Positions 1-9,838 of a DNA stretch of 64,000 nucleotides are shown piece by piece. The DNA is from a virus, in the IMG/VR virus record IMGVR_UViG_3300033981_002321, positions 11,394 through 75,393 of that record. One strand, written 5' to 3'. Position numbers and translations under genes: made by a program. Under the pieces are notes generated by a model. The model was not told where the DNA came from. It worked only from the letters and a program-made list of their open reading frames with translations, and did no database searches. Each line of letters starts with the position of its first letter. The first letter of the stretch is position 1.

Positions 1-1
1 C

Positions 2-139
2 CCCTATACTAACACCAGCTTCAGCTTTGGTGACAGCATCGTGATCACGGCTGGCGTTGAAGAATGGGAAGTGCTGAACTTTGCTAACAACAGCTCAGCA
101 GATGCTGCCAGTCCGCTGTTCCTGGCGCGGCTAGTCTGA
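2..139 (+). CDS. 3' end of a virion/tail protein (partial), paralog of 881..1876
   Basis: Frame 2 reads ...FSFGDSIVITAGVEEWEVLNFANNSSADAASPLFLARLV*, matching the C-terminus of 881..1876 (FDPGDTLVVTAGAEEWQVL...PMFLARMV*). Confidence 0.8.
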   Translation, partial: PYTNTSFSFGDSIVITAGVEEWEVLNFANNSSADAASPLFLARLV

Positions 140-157
140 TCTTAGCTGAAGTTGCAA

Positions 158-838
158 ATGGCCAGCATTTCTGTTCCGCCAAAAGATAGTCAAGCGGGTA
201 TTGCCGCCGAAGCCGCTTCGCAGATGACAGTTTCAACATCAAGCAGTGAATCCACCACACTGACAGCTTCGACGCCCTCTCGCATGACAATCGTGGCGAT
301 GAGGGGACTCGCAGGCACTGGCGGGGGCGGGGGCGGAGTAAAGAATCTCTCAGAGCTTGAAGATGTAAACGTTACAACAAATCCTCCATCTGATAACCAG
401 CCACTTGTTTACAATGAGTACCTAGAAAAGTGGGTTCCAGGCGATAAACCTATTAGTCTTGACTACATTGAACACACCACCGAGAGCTTGCTGCCTGGCG
501 ACGTGGAAGACGTTTCGCTAAGCTCTCCGCTAATTTTCAACATACTGGCAATATATTCAACCAACCCAGCATGGGTTCGTGTCTATGGAACAAGTGATGC
601 AAGAACGGCTGATACGCGAACCAGCCCAGGTGGAATACCACCAGCAGCTGGAACTGACTTCTACGCAGAGGTCGTAACCACGGAATCTCCACAGCTTATC
701 AGGTTCTCCCCCATCCCGATGGTACTCACATCTTTTGGAGAGGTATTTATTCGGGTCGTTAACATGGACACTGTAAACAGAGAGCTATATCTCAATTTCG
801 GGATTCTTGCTTACGGGGTTTATACAGTAGGCGGTTGA
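158..838 (+). CDS. Putative tail-fibre-associated structural protein
   Basis: S/T-rich N-terminus, Gly run and 'LSELEDVNV...LVYN....KWVP' fibre-type repeat; lies between the two paralogous virion genes. Confidence 0.6.
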   Translation: MASISVPPKDSQAGIAAEAASQMTVSTSSSESTTLTASTPSRMTIVAMRGLAGTGGGGGGVKNLSELEDVNVTTNPPSDNQPLVYNEYLEKWVPGDKPISLDYIEHTTESLLPGDVEDVSLSSPLIFNILAIYSTNPAWVRVYGTSDARTADTRTSPGGIPPAAGTDFYAEVVTTESPQLIRFSPIPMVLTSFGEVFIRVVNMDTVNRELYLNFGILAYGVYTVGG

Positions 839-880
839 CGCCTGATCCTTGCTTTCTTCACTTTATTCCTTTCTTGAATC

Positions 881-1876
881 ATGGCCTGCACTAAAGAAAC
901 CTACACCGCTACAGCAACGTGGACCGCCAGCCAGCTGGCCACGCTGTTCCGTGATGCCTTCATCGACGCTGGGTTGATGACGGACTGGTACGACTCATTT
1001 CTGAGCGGCAGTATTGAGAATCGGATTCTGGAAGTCACCTACGCCGGGACCAAAGCATACGGCAAAACTTACTACTGGTTCATGTTCTCGACTACTGGCG
1101 TGTGGTTGCATGTGGCAACGGGATGGAATACTGCGACGGATCAGCCAACTGGCACGCAGTATCTGGACTTCTTTGCCACCACAACGAACGCAACAACCAA
1201 CCACTGGCAGATGTTCGCTGCTGCCACATCAAATACTGTGGAGCTGGTGCGTTACACCTCTGGCGTGGATGCGGATCAAAGTTGGTTCACGATCAAGCGC
1301 AGCGGTGGTGTTGATCGGACGTTTACGATTATCAACGATGCGCTTACGGTGCAGTCGTGGCTAGATTTGAGCAAGGGGTTTTTCAATGGGTTTGTGCATG
1401 TGGCACCTTTGATTGATAGCAACTCTGGAGTTGTCCAGTTTGATCGTGGGCCTGCCCTTAGGCGGGAAATTGCAGTGGGGACCTATCTAATTGGTGATAC
1501 GGCCTCAACGAATTATACTAATAACATTGTCACTAGAACCCTTTGTTCGTATGGAGTAACCGGAAGGGCCAATGCTAATGGTGCTGGCAACTACGGCACA
1601 ACGGGATTCATCCCCCTCCCCACCGCCTCAGCCACCGCCAACCCTGCCTACACCGCCGACAGCAATCCCGTATTCCACAGCCTGCCATTCCACCCTTACG
1701 TTGCCGAACCGCTGCCGTCTGACTTCGGCATGAGCTTCCATTTCGCCAGCAATGCCTTCGACCCTGGCGACACGCTGGTGGTCACTGCAGGCGCTGAAGA
1801 ATGGCAAGTGCTGGCTGAAACCGCAGGCACTGCCGGGACCGTTGCCACCCCCATGTTCCTCGCCCGCATGGTCTGA
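881..1876 (+). CDS. Virion structural/tail protein (331 aa)
   Basis: T/A/G/W-rich, beta-type composition; paralog of the truncated upstream gene. Confidence 0.65.
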   Translation: MACTKETYTATATWTASQLATLFRDAFIDAGLMTDWYDSFLSGSIENRILEVTYAGTKAYGKTYYWFMFSTTGVWLHVATGWNTATDQPTGTQYLDFFATTTNATTNHWQMFAAATSNTVELVRYTSGVDADQSWFTIKRSGGVDRTFTIINDALTVQSWLDLSKGFFNGFVHVAPLIDSNSGVVQFDRGPALRREIAVGTYLIGDTASTNYTNNIVTRTLCSYGVTGRANANGAGNYGTTGFIPLPTASATANPAYTADSNPVFHSLPFHPYVAEPLPSDFGMSFHFASNAFDPGDTLVVTAGAEEWQVLAETAGTAGTVATPMFLARMV

Positions 1877-1881
1877 GTCTG

Positions 1882-2115
1882 ATGGCTGTCATCAATCAGA
1901 GCCCCTTAGGTCAAACCAGCATCGCCATCTCGGGCATCAGCTTCGCCAGCCTGGTGGTCGGCAGCGGCGATCCATTCCGTGAGCCCGCCTCGCGTGTACA
2001 TGATGGTGGGGCAAGCGTGGCGATCTCGTTTGGCGGCACTCCCGAACCCCCCGGCCCAACCATCCCCACCACCGGGCAAATCTGGCCCTTGGGCATTCCG
2101 ATTACTGGCACATAA
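1882..2115 (+). CDS. Small tail-associated hypothetical protein
   Basis: Starts 5 nt after the previous stop; ends 'PTTGQIWP', typical of small fibre-module proteins. Confidence 0.55.
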   Translation: MAVINQSPLGQTSIAISGISFASLVVGSGDPFREPASRVHDGGASVAISFGGTPEPPGPTIPTTGQIWPLGIPITGT

Positions 2116-2210
2116 AATGAAATAACTGCAATCAATTCACGCCACGAGATTTTTAAGTCGCAGCAAGAGTATGTCCCAGCCATTAGAGTGCTAGCAGTCG
2201 ATATTAAGCA

Positions 2211-2486
2211 GTGGCCGTTAAAACAAGCATTCTAAAAAGACTCGTAACTCAGCTAAGACGGAACGGAATGTCAGAGGCTGCGGCAAATGCAGCAGCCAGA
2301 AGTAGATTGCAAAAAGCTGGGATACTCAAGAAGGGAAGTGATGAACTAACGGAATATGGCAAGAAAAGACAGGCAATGGGGGCGGCTGGCAGAGCCAAAG
2401 ATCGAGCAGCAAAGGCAAGTGGCAGAAAACCGAGTGAATATAAATATAACGCTAAAACCAATAGAGCGACGCTGAAGAAAAAATAA
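2211..2486 (+). CDS. Small, highly basic (K/R-rich) protein
   Basis: 91 aa, strongly basic, clean ORF. Confidence 0.7.
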   Translation: MAVKTSILKRLVTQLRRNGMSEAAANAAARSRLQKAGILKKGSDELTEYGKKRQAMGAAGRAKDRAAKASGRKPSEYKYNAKTNRATLKKK

Positions 2487-2503
2487 ACGGATCATGGCGC
2501 GAC

Positions 2504-2532
2504 TTGACAAAGAAAAGACTGCGTGATAGAAT
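2504..2532 (+). promoter_or_regulatory. Sigma70-type promoter TTGACA-17-TAGAAT with extended -10 TG
   Basis: TTGACA 2504-2509, TAGAAT 2527-2532. Confidence 0.75.
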
Positions 2533-2562
2533 TAGGAGGTCAAGTTTCTTAACTTCTCAAAC

Positions 2563-2811
2563 ATGAAAGGATCTTTGCATTTTACCGGCAGTCAAGACAG
2601 CGAAACATTTATTGGAAAGCTTGTAAATGTGGTAGTTTCCATTAAAAACAAAGGGGAATCGAAAAGAGTTATTTGGCATCAGCCAGTTCGAGATCAGCTC
2701 TGGTGGTTTGGCTTTCAGCCCGAGAAAGGATGCTTTGGGCGCATTCGCTGGTTCAACTCGGACCAAGACGAGGGCTCATGGGGCAGGGTCTTTCTTTCAC
2801 GCAATCCGTGA
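2563..2811 (+). CDS. Hypothetical protein (82 aa)
   Basis: ATG ORF directly downstream of the promoter. Confidence 0.55.
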   Translation: MKGSLHFTGSQDSETFIGKLVNVVVSIKNKGESKRVIWHQPVRDQLWWFGFQPEKGCFGRIRWFNSDQDEGSWGRVFLSRNP

Positions 2812-2822
2812 TAGAATCCCTG

Positions 2823-3215
2823 AGCGACTCAAAGCCCCTACCGGGCCGTAGGCCGCAACAAAGACCTTGCTTCGGCGGCAAGGCGGTTTCCGGGGAGTTT
2901 GCCAGCGTTGCAGCCGGAAAACCTAGTAAATACTGGAAATGGAGACGGATGTTCGCCCGGTGAATTCAAAGTTTGTCATTAGCCATGGCATTTGTTCACC
3001 AACTTCGAGCTACCCGTCTTCGACACAACTCTCTCTTCGGCTCTGACCCCGTGCTAGACGCGGCAGTAGGAATCCCTGGGTTGTGGCTGCCGCTCTGCTA
3101 CCAAGGACGCTTGGTGAAGCATCGGGCATAAGTCCTGCTTCGGCAGGCCAGGGGGCTGATCACCCCTGCCAATCACGGAAAGACCCGAAGCTTCGGCCCT
3201 CGGGTCTTTCTTGTG
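2823..3215 (+). ncRNA. Candidate large structured non-coding RNA (~390 nt)
   Basis: Extended -10 (TGATAGAAT 2809-2817), at least ten stems with G-U pairs and UUCG loops, terminator 3178-3215, and no credible ORF. Confidence 0.65.
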
Positions 3216-3218
3216 TTT
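3178..3218. terminator. Intrinsic (probably bidirectional) terminator
   Basis: GAAAGACCCGA(3178-88)/TCGGGTCTTTC(3200-10) stem followed by TTGTGTTT, between convergent units. Confidence 0.75.
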
Positions 3219-3222
3219 GCAG

Positions 3223-4011
3223 TTATCTAGCTTTTACAGTTTTGCACAGCAATCGATCGATAGGCTCAATTGTTCTTTTTTGCCCCGGACTGAAACCGTG
3301 AGCAGTGGTTTCAAAGTATGCAATTTTCTCATCAAGGAAATCATTGATTACTTGAATTCTCATCCCTCTGCCAAGCTCCTTCTGACTTTTCTTTCTTTCG
3401 AGCAAGACCAAGATCTCTTTCAGTGCCGCTTCTGGCACATCGCATTCGTGCAGCAATTGCGCAAACAGCATAGGCGGGGATTTATGGTACTTCTCGATCC
3501 ACATACAAGCAAGCACGGGGCGGAGAACGTAAAAGTATTTCTTCGTTCTGACCAAATCACTCTTCAGGTACTCCTTGAAGTTCTTTTTGGCCATGTGAAT
3601 ATAATGATACACAGATGCTATCTCTGAAAAGCAAGACTTACTTAGTTTGTACAGCTCTTGATAGAAATCAAGATTAACCTTGTAGATCATTGGGGATCTA
3701 AGCCATTCCATGAGCACTGGATTGCCTTTATTTAGCAAAAACAGAGCTTTTCTAACATCCCAGCCAGAGTAGTCAAATTCATCTACGATCGGATATTCGA
3801 TAACATCTCTGTCTGGTATGACCTTTAGATACCATTCCTCTTTGTGTCTGTAGATAAACCGCACATCGTAATCCGAGTCGGGGGATTCAAAACCCCAGGC
3901 CCTTGAACCAGACTCTGCTGCGTAGAGAATCTCAACAGAATGTTCTTGCTCTATTTCAGATAATCGCGTGATTATCTTAGTGCAGTAATCGGAAGTGTCA
4001 GTTTGAAACAT
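3223..4011 (-). CDS. DNA polymerase beta-superfamily nucleotidyltransferase (RlaP/YcgL-like)
   Basis: ESGSRAWGFESPDSDYDVRFIY (GS...DxD), 'GWDVRKAL.LL.KGNP.L.EWL.SP' and 'KKYFYVLRP.LAC.WI' motifs; start moved to ATG 4011. Confidence 0.9.
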   Translation of the reverse strand: MFQTDTSDYCTKIITRLSEIEQEHSVEILYAAESGSRAWGFESPDSDYDVRFIYRHKEEWYLKVIPDRDVIEYPIVDEFDYSGWDVRKALFLLNKGNPVLMEWLRSPMIYKVNLDFYQELYKLSKSCFSEIASVYHYIHMAKKNFKEYLKSDLVRTKKYFYVLRPVLACMWIEKYHKSPPMLFAQLLHECDVPEAALKEILVLLERKKSQKELGRGMRIQVINDFLDEKIAYFETTAHGFSPGQKRTIEPIDRLLCKTVKAR

Positions 4012-4024
4012 TTTCAAATACTGT

Positions 4025-7000
4025 CTAATAAACGGGAGGCAGGGGATCGCAGCATCGACGCACTTTCCAGTATTCAAATCTGTTAAGTGCAACACGCTCG
4101 TAAACGTGCTGAAGCTCTCCAAAGCGACTAAACTCGGGGACGCAGATCCAGTGTGACGGCGTTACTTTCATGGAAAGACCATCGTACGGGCCACCGATGA
4201 GTGAAACTTCAGCGAACAAATCAGCCTGAGGCATTGTCAAGCAGTGCAGAGATTGCATATACCGGCCAGATGAATGGCCGCAAGAAAGCCAGTGCGATAG
4301 CCTGAGTGGTCAGCTTATCGAGTACCGAGAACAGCATCCACATAGCGAGGCAGCTGCTTCCGTAAAAGTAAACGTTCATTGAATTCCTTAAAGTGTTAGG
4401 GCTAATTTTCTGAAATATCCCATCGCCTGCGACTCCACTCCGCTGTGCTGATCACCTCTATCGCACCATCTCGAAAACGCGATGCGTATGGATCATAAAC
4501 ACTGCGAGAAGCTGGCTCAAGTGTTTGAGGGTCAACGGCAAAGCACATTTTGTCAGGGCTAATTACTTTGATTAGACCCGAATAATCGCCAGCAAACCGT
4601 GTCGTTTGCAATTCTCTTGGATCGGTCATGTTTATTTTGCCTTAGTGGTTAGCGTCTGGCATAATTAAGCGAGGGTGCTCGTGATCATGCCCAGGCACGT
4701 TCACCAAGATGATAAATTCTTTGCCCGCCCCCTCAATCAGCCCAGGCAGATTCCCGCTGTCCCTCCTTTTAATCACATCATCCCAAATCTGGAGAAGAGA
4801 CACACTTTTGTGAACTCTGAACTCACCCTTGTCATAAAACTTGCCACTCTGTTTGAAGTAGGTGAGCTTTACAACTAAAGATTCGTCTACACTTTCTCGC
4901 CCCCACTCAAAACCACGATTAGCCGCTTTGTCAATCAACCACGATTCTCGACCGGCGCCCCCATCTCTATACCGAGGCGCTTCCTCTCGCCACTTTGCTT
5001 TCAGTTCTTCGGATACGATCAGTTGCTCTGTGTTCATTTGTTTGGTTGCTGAAAAACATAGCAAAAACTATGGTCTAAAAAGCTTATGTGGTGTCACATC
5101 AGAAGAAACTGGAAGCCAGTGAGTGTCTTCGTCATAAGGGCAATCCTGCAAACCGAACTCCCAGGCATCTTCTTCTTTGTTCCAGAAACCATAAAGACAG
5201 CGCCCGCGTGCGTCCACGTCATCCGGCCCAGGCTTTTCTTCTGAAAGTGAAACTGGTTTCTTGATTTGAAAAGCAGCAATGCCAAAAGCATCTGTCATCC
5301 GTTGCTCCAGCGTAACGATTCCGCCCTCTGGAACACCACGCCCACTCTCGGGAATAGCGCCATCAGATGCCAATCCCTCTAATGCCTCCAGCCGCTTAAC
5401 TAGAGCAGCAACGATTACAGATTGAGCGCTAATGTGTTTTGCTACTTTCCGCTCCAGCGCAGCGATGCGATCAGCTTGTTGCGGATTCCAGTAACGAGTA
5501 TGCCGCCAAAGCTGACTGGGATCAACCTGTGACCAGTGATAGGTGGCAGCAACATCAAAGTAGGGAGATACTTTCACTTGTATGTCCCCGTGAAGATCAG
5601 CATCGTCCTGCGTGGGGGCGCGACCAGTGATCCATTCGTTAGTTCCGCTCATCGATCAGCCTCCACGCGCAGCTCGACCCACAAAGCATCCCAAGTAGTG
5701 GCCCTAGGCCCAGTGGTGAAGCGATTGAAAGCCGCAGCTTCTTGTGAGGCCTGGAGCCAAAGAATTGGAGAAACAATTGCAAAAACAAGAGCTACCATGC
5801 CAGCGGATACTCCAGCATAAGGCAGTATCTCTTGAAGCATTTCTTTGAACTTGCTCATAAAACACAAACGGAACGTGAGCTGCTCATGAACACTAGCACC
5901 ATTGGTGCCGTTACGCAAGAGGCTTGAGTTGGGGGCGTGGCAAGGCCCACCATGGGGCGAAGTGAGTAAACCAAGTATGGTTAGTTTCGCTTGGTGGCTC
6001 ACCTAGCACCCACTTCGAGCCACCAATTTCAGATATTAACCAGCATCTTCCAAACTCATCCAACTCTTCGGGCTCCGGTCCCCTCTCAGAAAGTGGAATA
6101 GGCCTGAAAAGTGCATCACTAGAAACTCGCGGGTCTTTTGAGACCTGCACCTCCCAATTGATGATGTCGTTTAGAGCTTTCTTTGGATCGTTTTCATTTT
6201 CCTTGTTCAAGAGAAATCTGCAAACCAGAGCATCGTCGATGACTGCACGCCATGGATTGCCTGATTTGTTTTCCAACTCGACCTGAAAAGCAGCAATTGC
6301 GGAACTCAGTTCACTGCTTTTCCAGCCATGCCCAGGCGGTCCTTCGTCACAGGCTACATCCAGTGCCTCGGACAATACCTGCCATTGCTTCGAGGTAAGC
6401 GTGACAACTTGAAACTGTTGATCAATAGTCATAAAATTCATCAATTACTTGACCATCCTTGTCATACACGGCGCCTGTATAGGGATAAATGAAGCGCACG
6501 CTTTCCTCCTTGTCGGGTCCAACCTTGTATTTGTAGATATGATCGCTACTTCCACCGTATCCAATAGAGATTGTGCTTCCATCAGGCAAGGTGCCAGCAT
6601 AAGTGAAAGTGTACTTATAGTAACTTGAAAACTTTACTTTTGCATCGCCGTATTTTTCAATAAATTCTTCTCGTGTCATTGACTTGACCTCGCTTCAAGT
6701 TCGGAGATCGCTTCGAGGGTCCGTGCCCCCCAGCGGCGCAAAGCAGCACGGACGAGAAGGCCGACATCCCCACCCTTGACCCAGAGGCCACAGGGGTGCT
6801 CTGCATGGCCCTGGATGAAGCCGTCGCGGTCTGCCCAGGCCTCTACCTCCTCGTCGCCAGGAATGTCGGTCTCCGGCCCCTGGAGCCATGCCTGAGCAAG
6901 CTCGCGAATCCCCTGCCGCCACTCATCCTCAAGCGGCTCCCCTGCTGCGGCGTGCAGCAAGCGAATGTAGGCTGCGTCTGCGTGCATACACGCCAACATA

Positions 7001-8615
7001 TCATCAATCAAATGATGCGCAGTGTAAATTGCAGTCATTGCTGAGCCTCCAGTTCGCGGGCAGAGAATTGGGCGACAACTGCAGCACCACGGCCGCTTGC
7101 ATGATTAACACAAACTTGACGCGCTTGCCTAATACTTATGTTGGTGTTGACGACATTACATTGCCACCAAAACGGAGACCACCACGGGCGAAACTGCGCC
7201 TCGTAGCCGAGATAAGAATCTCGCACCACGCGGTAACAGGTCGGGGAGAATCTGAGTTTCATTGCTGGGCCTCCCCAGTGCCGTTGCACCGCTCGCACTC
7301 CCGGTAGCTGGTGCCTTTGTGGCGGCACCAACCAGCCCACGTTTTGCCGGTGCCTCTGCAGTTCCAGCACTTGCCGGTTTCCGCTTCGTAGGCGACGGCC
7401 ATTGTCTCAAGTTCGACCTTGGAGATGATTACTCGTTTTCCCGTCCCCGTGAACCGAGGCTCACCTTTGCGCGGCCCTTTGCTGTAGACACCATCGGGGA
7501 CGCTACCGGTAACGATTGAATCGCCATCGCAGTTCTCCCACTTGTAGGCCTTCCATCCTTCAATGCCTGCTTTGACTTCTGCGGCTTCCATTGCGTCTTT
7601 GATGCTGAACTTGTAGTTCATTGCTGGGCCTCCAGTTCGGCGAGATGGGTGAGGGCGGCGCGGATAACAGAGAGCTGCGGTGTGGTTATAGCTGTGAAGT
7701 CGTATTTACCGGCGTCTTCAGGCAGTGATGCCAGCGCCTGCTCCGCCAGCGACGGAGGCCTGGGACGCATGGCGGTGCGAAGATGGTCAACAAGGTGCTC
7801 CCGAAGCTTCGTTTCGTCAATAAAGAGACGACCTACTCCATCAATAATTTCAAAACAGCAGGCATCCAACATGTGATCCGCACGCTCCTGTATCTCAGGC
7901 TCGCGCTGGTCCCAGCCCCATTGAGCTGCGGAATTAAGAGCATCGCGCCACGAATCGACAAGAAGCTCATCATTTCTTGTGTTGAACTTTCGCCAAAGTT
8001 CTTGAGCAAACTCCTGCGGCACTTGAATAGCGTGTGATTTTGACATGGATCTTGAATCAATGGTGTTGGTCATTTGATTTTTGGTTTTGTTTTAGCCAGT
8101 TATGCCTGGCCAGTCGAGAACCGTGGCACTGGCCGCGACCACATATTCTCTTGCCTTCCGGCGTAATAACAGACCCGGACGGATCAACGTAGACCCGCCC
8201 ATCGCCCAGCAGCGCACCATTGACTGTAATTGTGCGCGGCCCCAACACATGAAAGCCTCGCGCAACAAGAAAGGCGTCTATCGCAACCGCGATTTCCTCC
8301 CCCTCAAGCTCAATAGCAACTCCAGGACCGTATTCAGTTGTGCCGCCCCCGTAACCGATTCTCATAGCCAAAAAGAGAGTTTTGGTTTAGTGACAAATTG
8401 CATCATTTGATCTCGGTTTCAGAGGGAAGATTAAGCTTAACAGATGTAACAATTTTCTCCCAACAAGCATCGTCTTTAATCCATTTGGGGCGCTGCATAT
8501 AAAATAGTGGGGCGGTGATACTGCCATCTCGCCCCCATACGCCCCAAGACTTGCAAAGCCCGCTAACTGGGCCAGAAACCTCGTAGTGGCTTGGCTTAAA
8601 AACAAACTCTGTCAT
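4025..8615 (-). other. Leftward cluster of tightly packed small hypothetical genes: 4025-4234, 4221-4379 (membrane), 4402-4629, 4642-5037, 5068-5652, 5649-5858 (TM), 5911-6432, 6422-6679, 6676-7038, 7035-7262, 7259-7621, 7618-8073, 8057-8371, 8403-8615
   Basis: Contiguous same-strand ORFs, many with ATGA stop/start overlaps. 5068 and 5911 share a C-terminal 'P.SLSE..P....D..GRC...THW/F.P' module. Confidence 0.75.
7259..7621 (-). CDS. Hypothetical protein with DnaJ-type zinc finger
   Basis: CWNCRGTG and CERCNGTG (two CxxCxGxG motifs). Confidence 0.7.
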   Translation of the reverse strand: MNYKFSIKDAMEAAEVKAGIEGWKAYKWENCDGDSIVTGSVPDGVYSKGPRKGEPRFTGTGKRVIISKVELETMAVAYEAETGKCWNCRGTGKTWAGWCRHKGTSYRECERCNGTGEAQQ

Positions 8616-8618
8616 AGC

Positions 8619-8987
8619 TCAGTCAGGATCATTGCGAATAAAATCTCTGCACTCAAAAAGATCCCCCGCCTTCCCATCGTGCTCCAAATAAACTCTGAAC
8701 AAGCTGTAGTTACAGTCATATTCTTCATAGTCATAGGAGCTAAGCACTTCACTCCAGGCAACCCAGTAATCTTCATGCTCTGGCCCAGCGCGGCAAATGT
8801 TCCAATCTGCCTGAGGCACGTTATCTATCTTTTCTCGCCCCCGACAAAAAACCTGGGGGACGCAATCCCCATGAGAACCGCTAACAATTAGGGTTTTTTC
8901 ATTGGGGTCTCGATCATCGAGCCAGTATTCTGGTGGATCAAGAGGGCGCGGGTCAGTGATGGTGTCAAGCTGTGCGTTGTAGCTCAT
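8619..8987 (-). CDS. Acidic hypothetical protein, paralog of 18940..19284
   Basis: Shared 'G..VPQVFC...DW.IC..GP.HE.YW..W...DG..DLF'. Confidence 0.75.
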   Translation of the reverse strand: MSYNAQLDTITDPRPLDPPEYWLDDRDPNEKTLIVSGSHGDCVPQVFCRGREKIDNVPQADWNICRAGPEHEDYWVAWSEVLSSYDYEEYDCNYSLFRVYLEHDGKAGDLFECRDFIRNDPD

Positions 8988-9175
8988 TGTTCTTCCTGCT
9001 TGTTACTTTTTGCAGAACCCTTACTTCTCTCCCATTCATTCAAGGCATTTTCGTAAAAATTCAAAGCATCTCGAACTGTTTCCGCTTGTGTTTTGCCAAC
9101 ACGAGAAGCAAGATCGTTCAACGCCTTAAGAAAGGACGAGTCACAGGTGACTTCAAATTTAATCTGATCGGACAC
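8984..9175 (-). CDS. Ribbon-helix-helix (CopG-like) transcription regulator
   Basis: IKFEVTC beta-strand followed by 'LKALNDLASRVGKTQAETVRDALNFYE'; GTG start downstream of its own promoter. Confidence 0.7.
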   Translation of the reverse strand: MSDQIKFEVTCDSSFLKALNDLASRVGKTQAETVRDALNFYENALNEWERSKGSAKSNKQEEQ

Positions 9176-9207
9176 GAGAAACAGGATGACGCAGGCTGTC
9201 AACCTTT

Positions 9208-9236
9208 AGGGTAGCACCGTTGGTGCCTGGCGTCAA
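9208..9236 (-). promoter_or_regulatory. Promoter TTGACG-17-TACCCT with palindromic operator GCAC-N5-GTGC in the spacer
   Basis: Minus strand reads TTGACG ccagGCACcaacgGTGC TACCCT. Confidence 0.55.
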
Positions 9237-9249
9237 CAGAGCAAAGCTG

Positions 9250-9618
9250 TCAGGCATCTGTCTCGGGCATTTCCAGAAGCATTCTGTCAGCAACACGCAG
9301 GCCCATCTCGGAGTCCTCAATCTGACCTTTAAGTATCAGGAGCCTTCGTTTTTGTCTGGCGATGTACGAAATCAACGCCTCTCGCTTTGTTGGATAAGCA
9401 AATCGCTTTCTTGCATCCTTCAGCACAAACTTTTTGCCCATGCAATATGGCTGGCATAGCCAAACACCTTTAGGTGTGTGTCTGATAACTCGATACTCAA
9501 AGCAATCGAGCCTAATGTCATAACCACAAGACTCGCTCCAACTGCTTTCGCGGAATGCAACATAGCGATACCAGTATTCGCCATCGGTGCCAACCGAACG
9601 CCACAAATCAGATGACAT
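9250..9618 (-). CDS. Conserved phage hypothetical protein
   Basis: 'VIRHTPKGVWL...KRFAYPTKREAL.SY..R..R' pattern. Confidence 0.7.
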   Translation of the reverse strand: MSSDLWRSVGTDGEYWYRYVAFRESSWSESCGYDIRLDCFEYRVIRHTPKGVWLCQPYCMGKKFVLKDARKRFAYPTKREALISYIARQKRRLLILKGQIEDSEMGLRVADRMLLEMPETDA

Positions 9619-9838
9619 TACTGGCTCCCCTTTGATGATGAAACACTTTTAGCCAGGACAAACGGTGTCAGCCATTCGATTACACCCTCTTCGCAGAGGG
9701 CCTTGAAAAAGTCTGGGTGCAGGATTTCCCTGGGCAAGTTTTACGCAGGCAGTGTGTCCATTGTCCTGCAATCCAAGAAGAGACATGCAACGAAAGATTG
9801 TGTAACAGTCAAAACCATAGCACCATTGGCCCCAGCTG

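Noticed and set aside
2823-3215. tmRNA, tRNA, RNase P, group I/II intron or hammerhead identity for the structured region
   Set aside because: No T-arm/CCA end, tag ORF, GAGGAAAGUCC, convincing P7, domain V or CUGANGA/GAAA core found by eye.
2673-3301. ORFs 2673-2963 and 3083-3301
   Set aside because: Non-ATG starts, no protein-like features, and they overlap dense RNA stems and a terminator.
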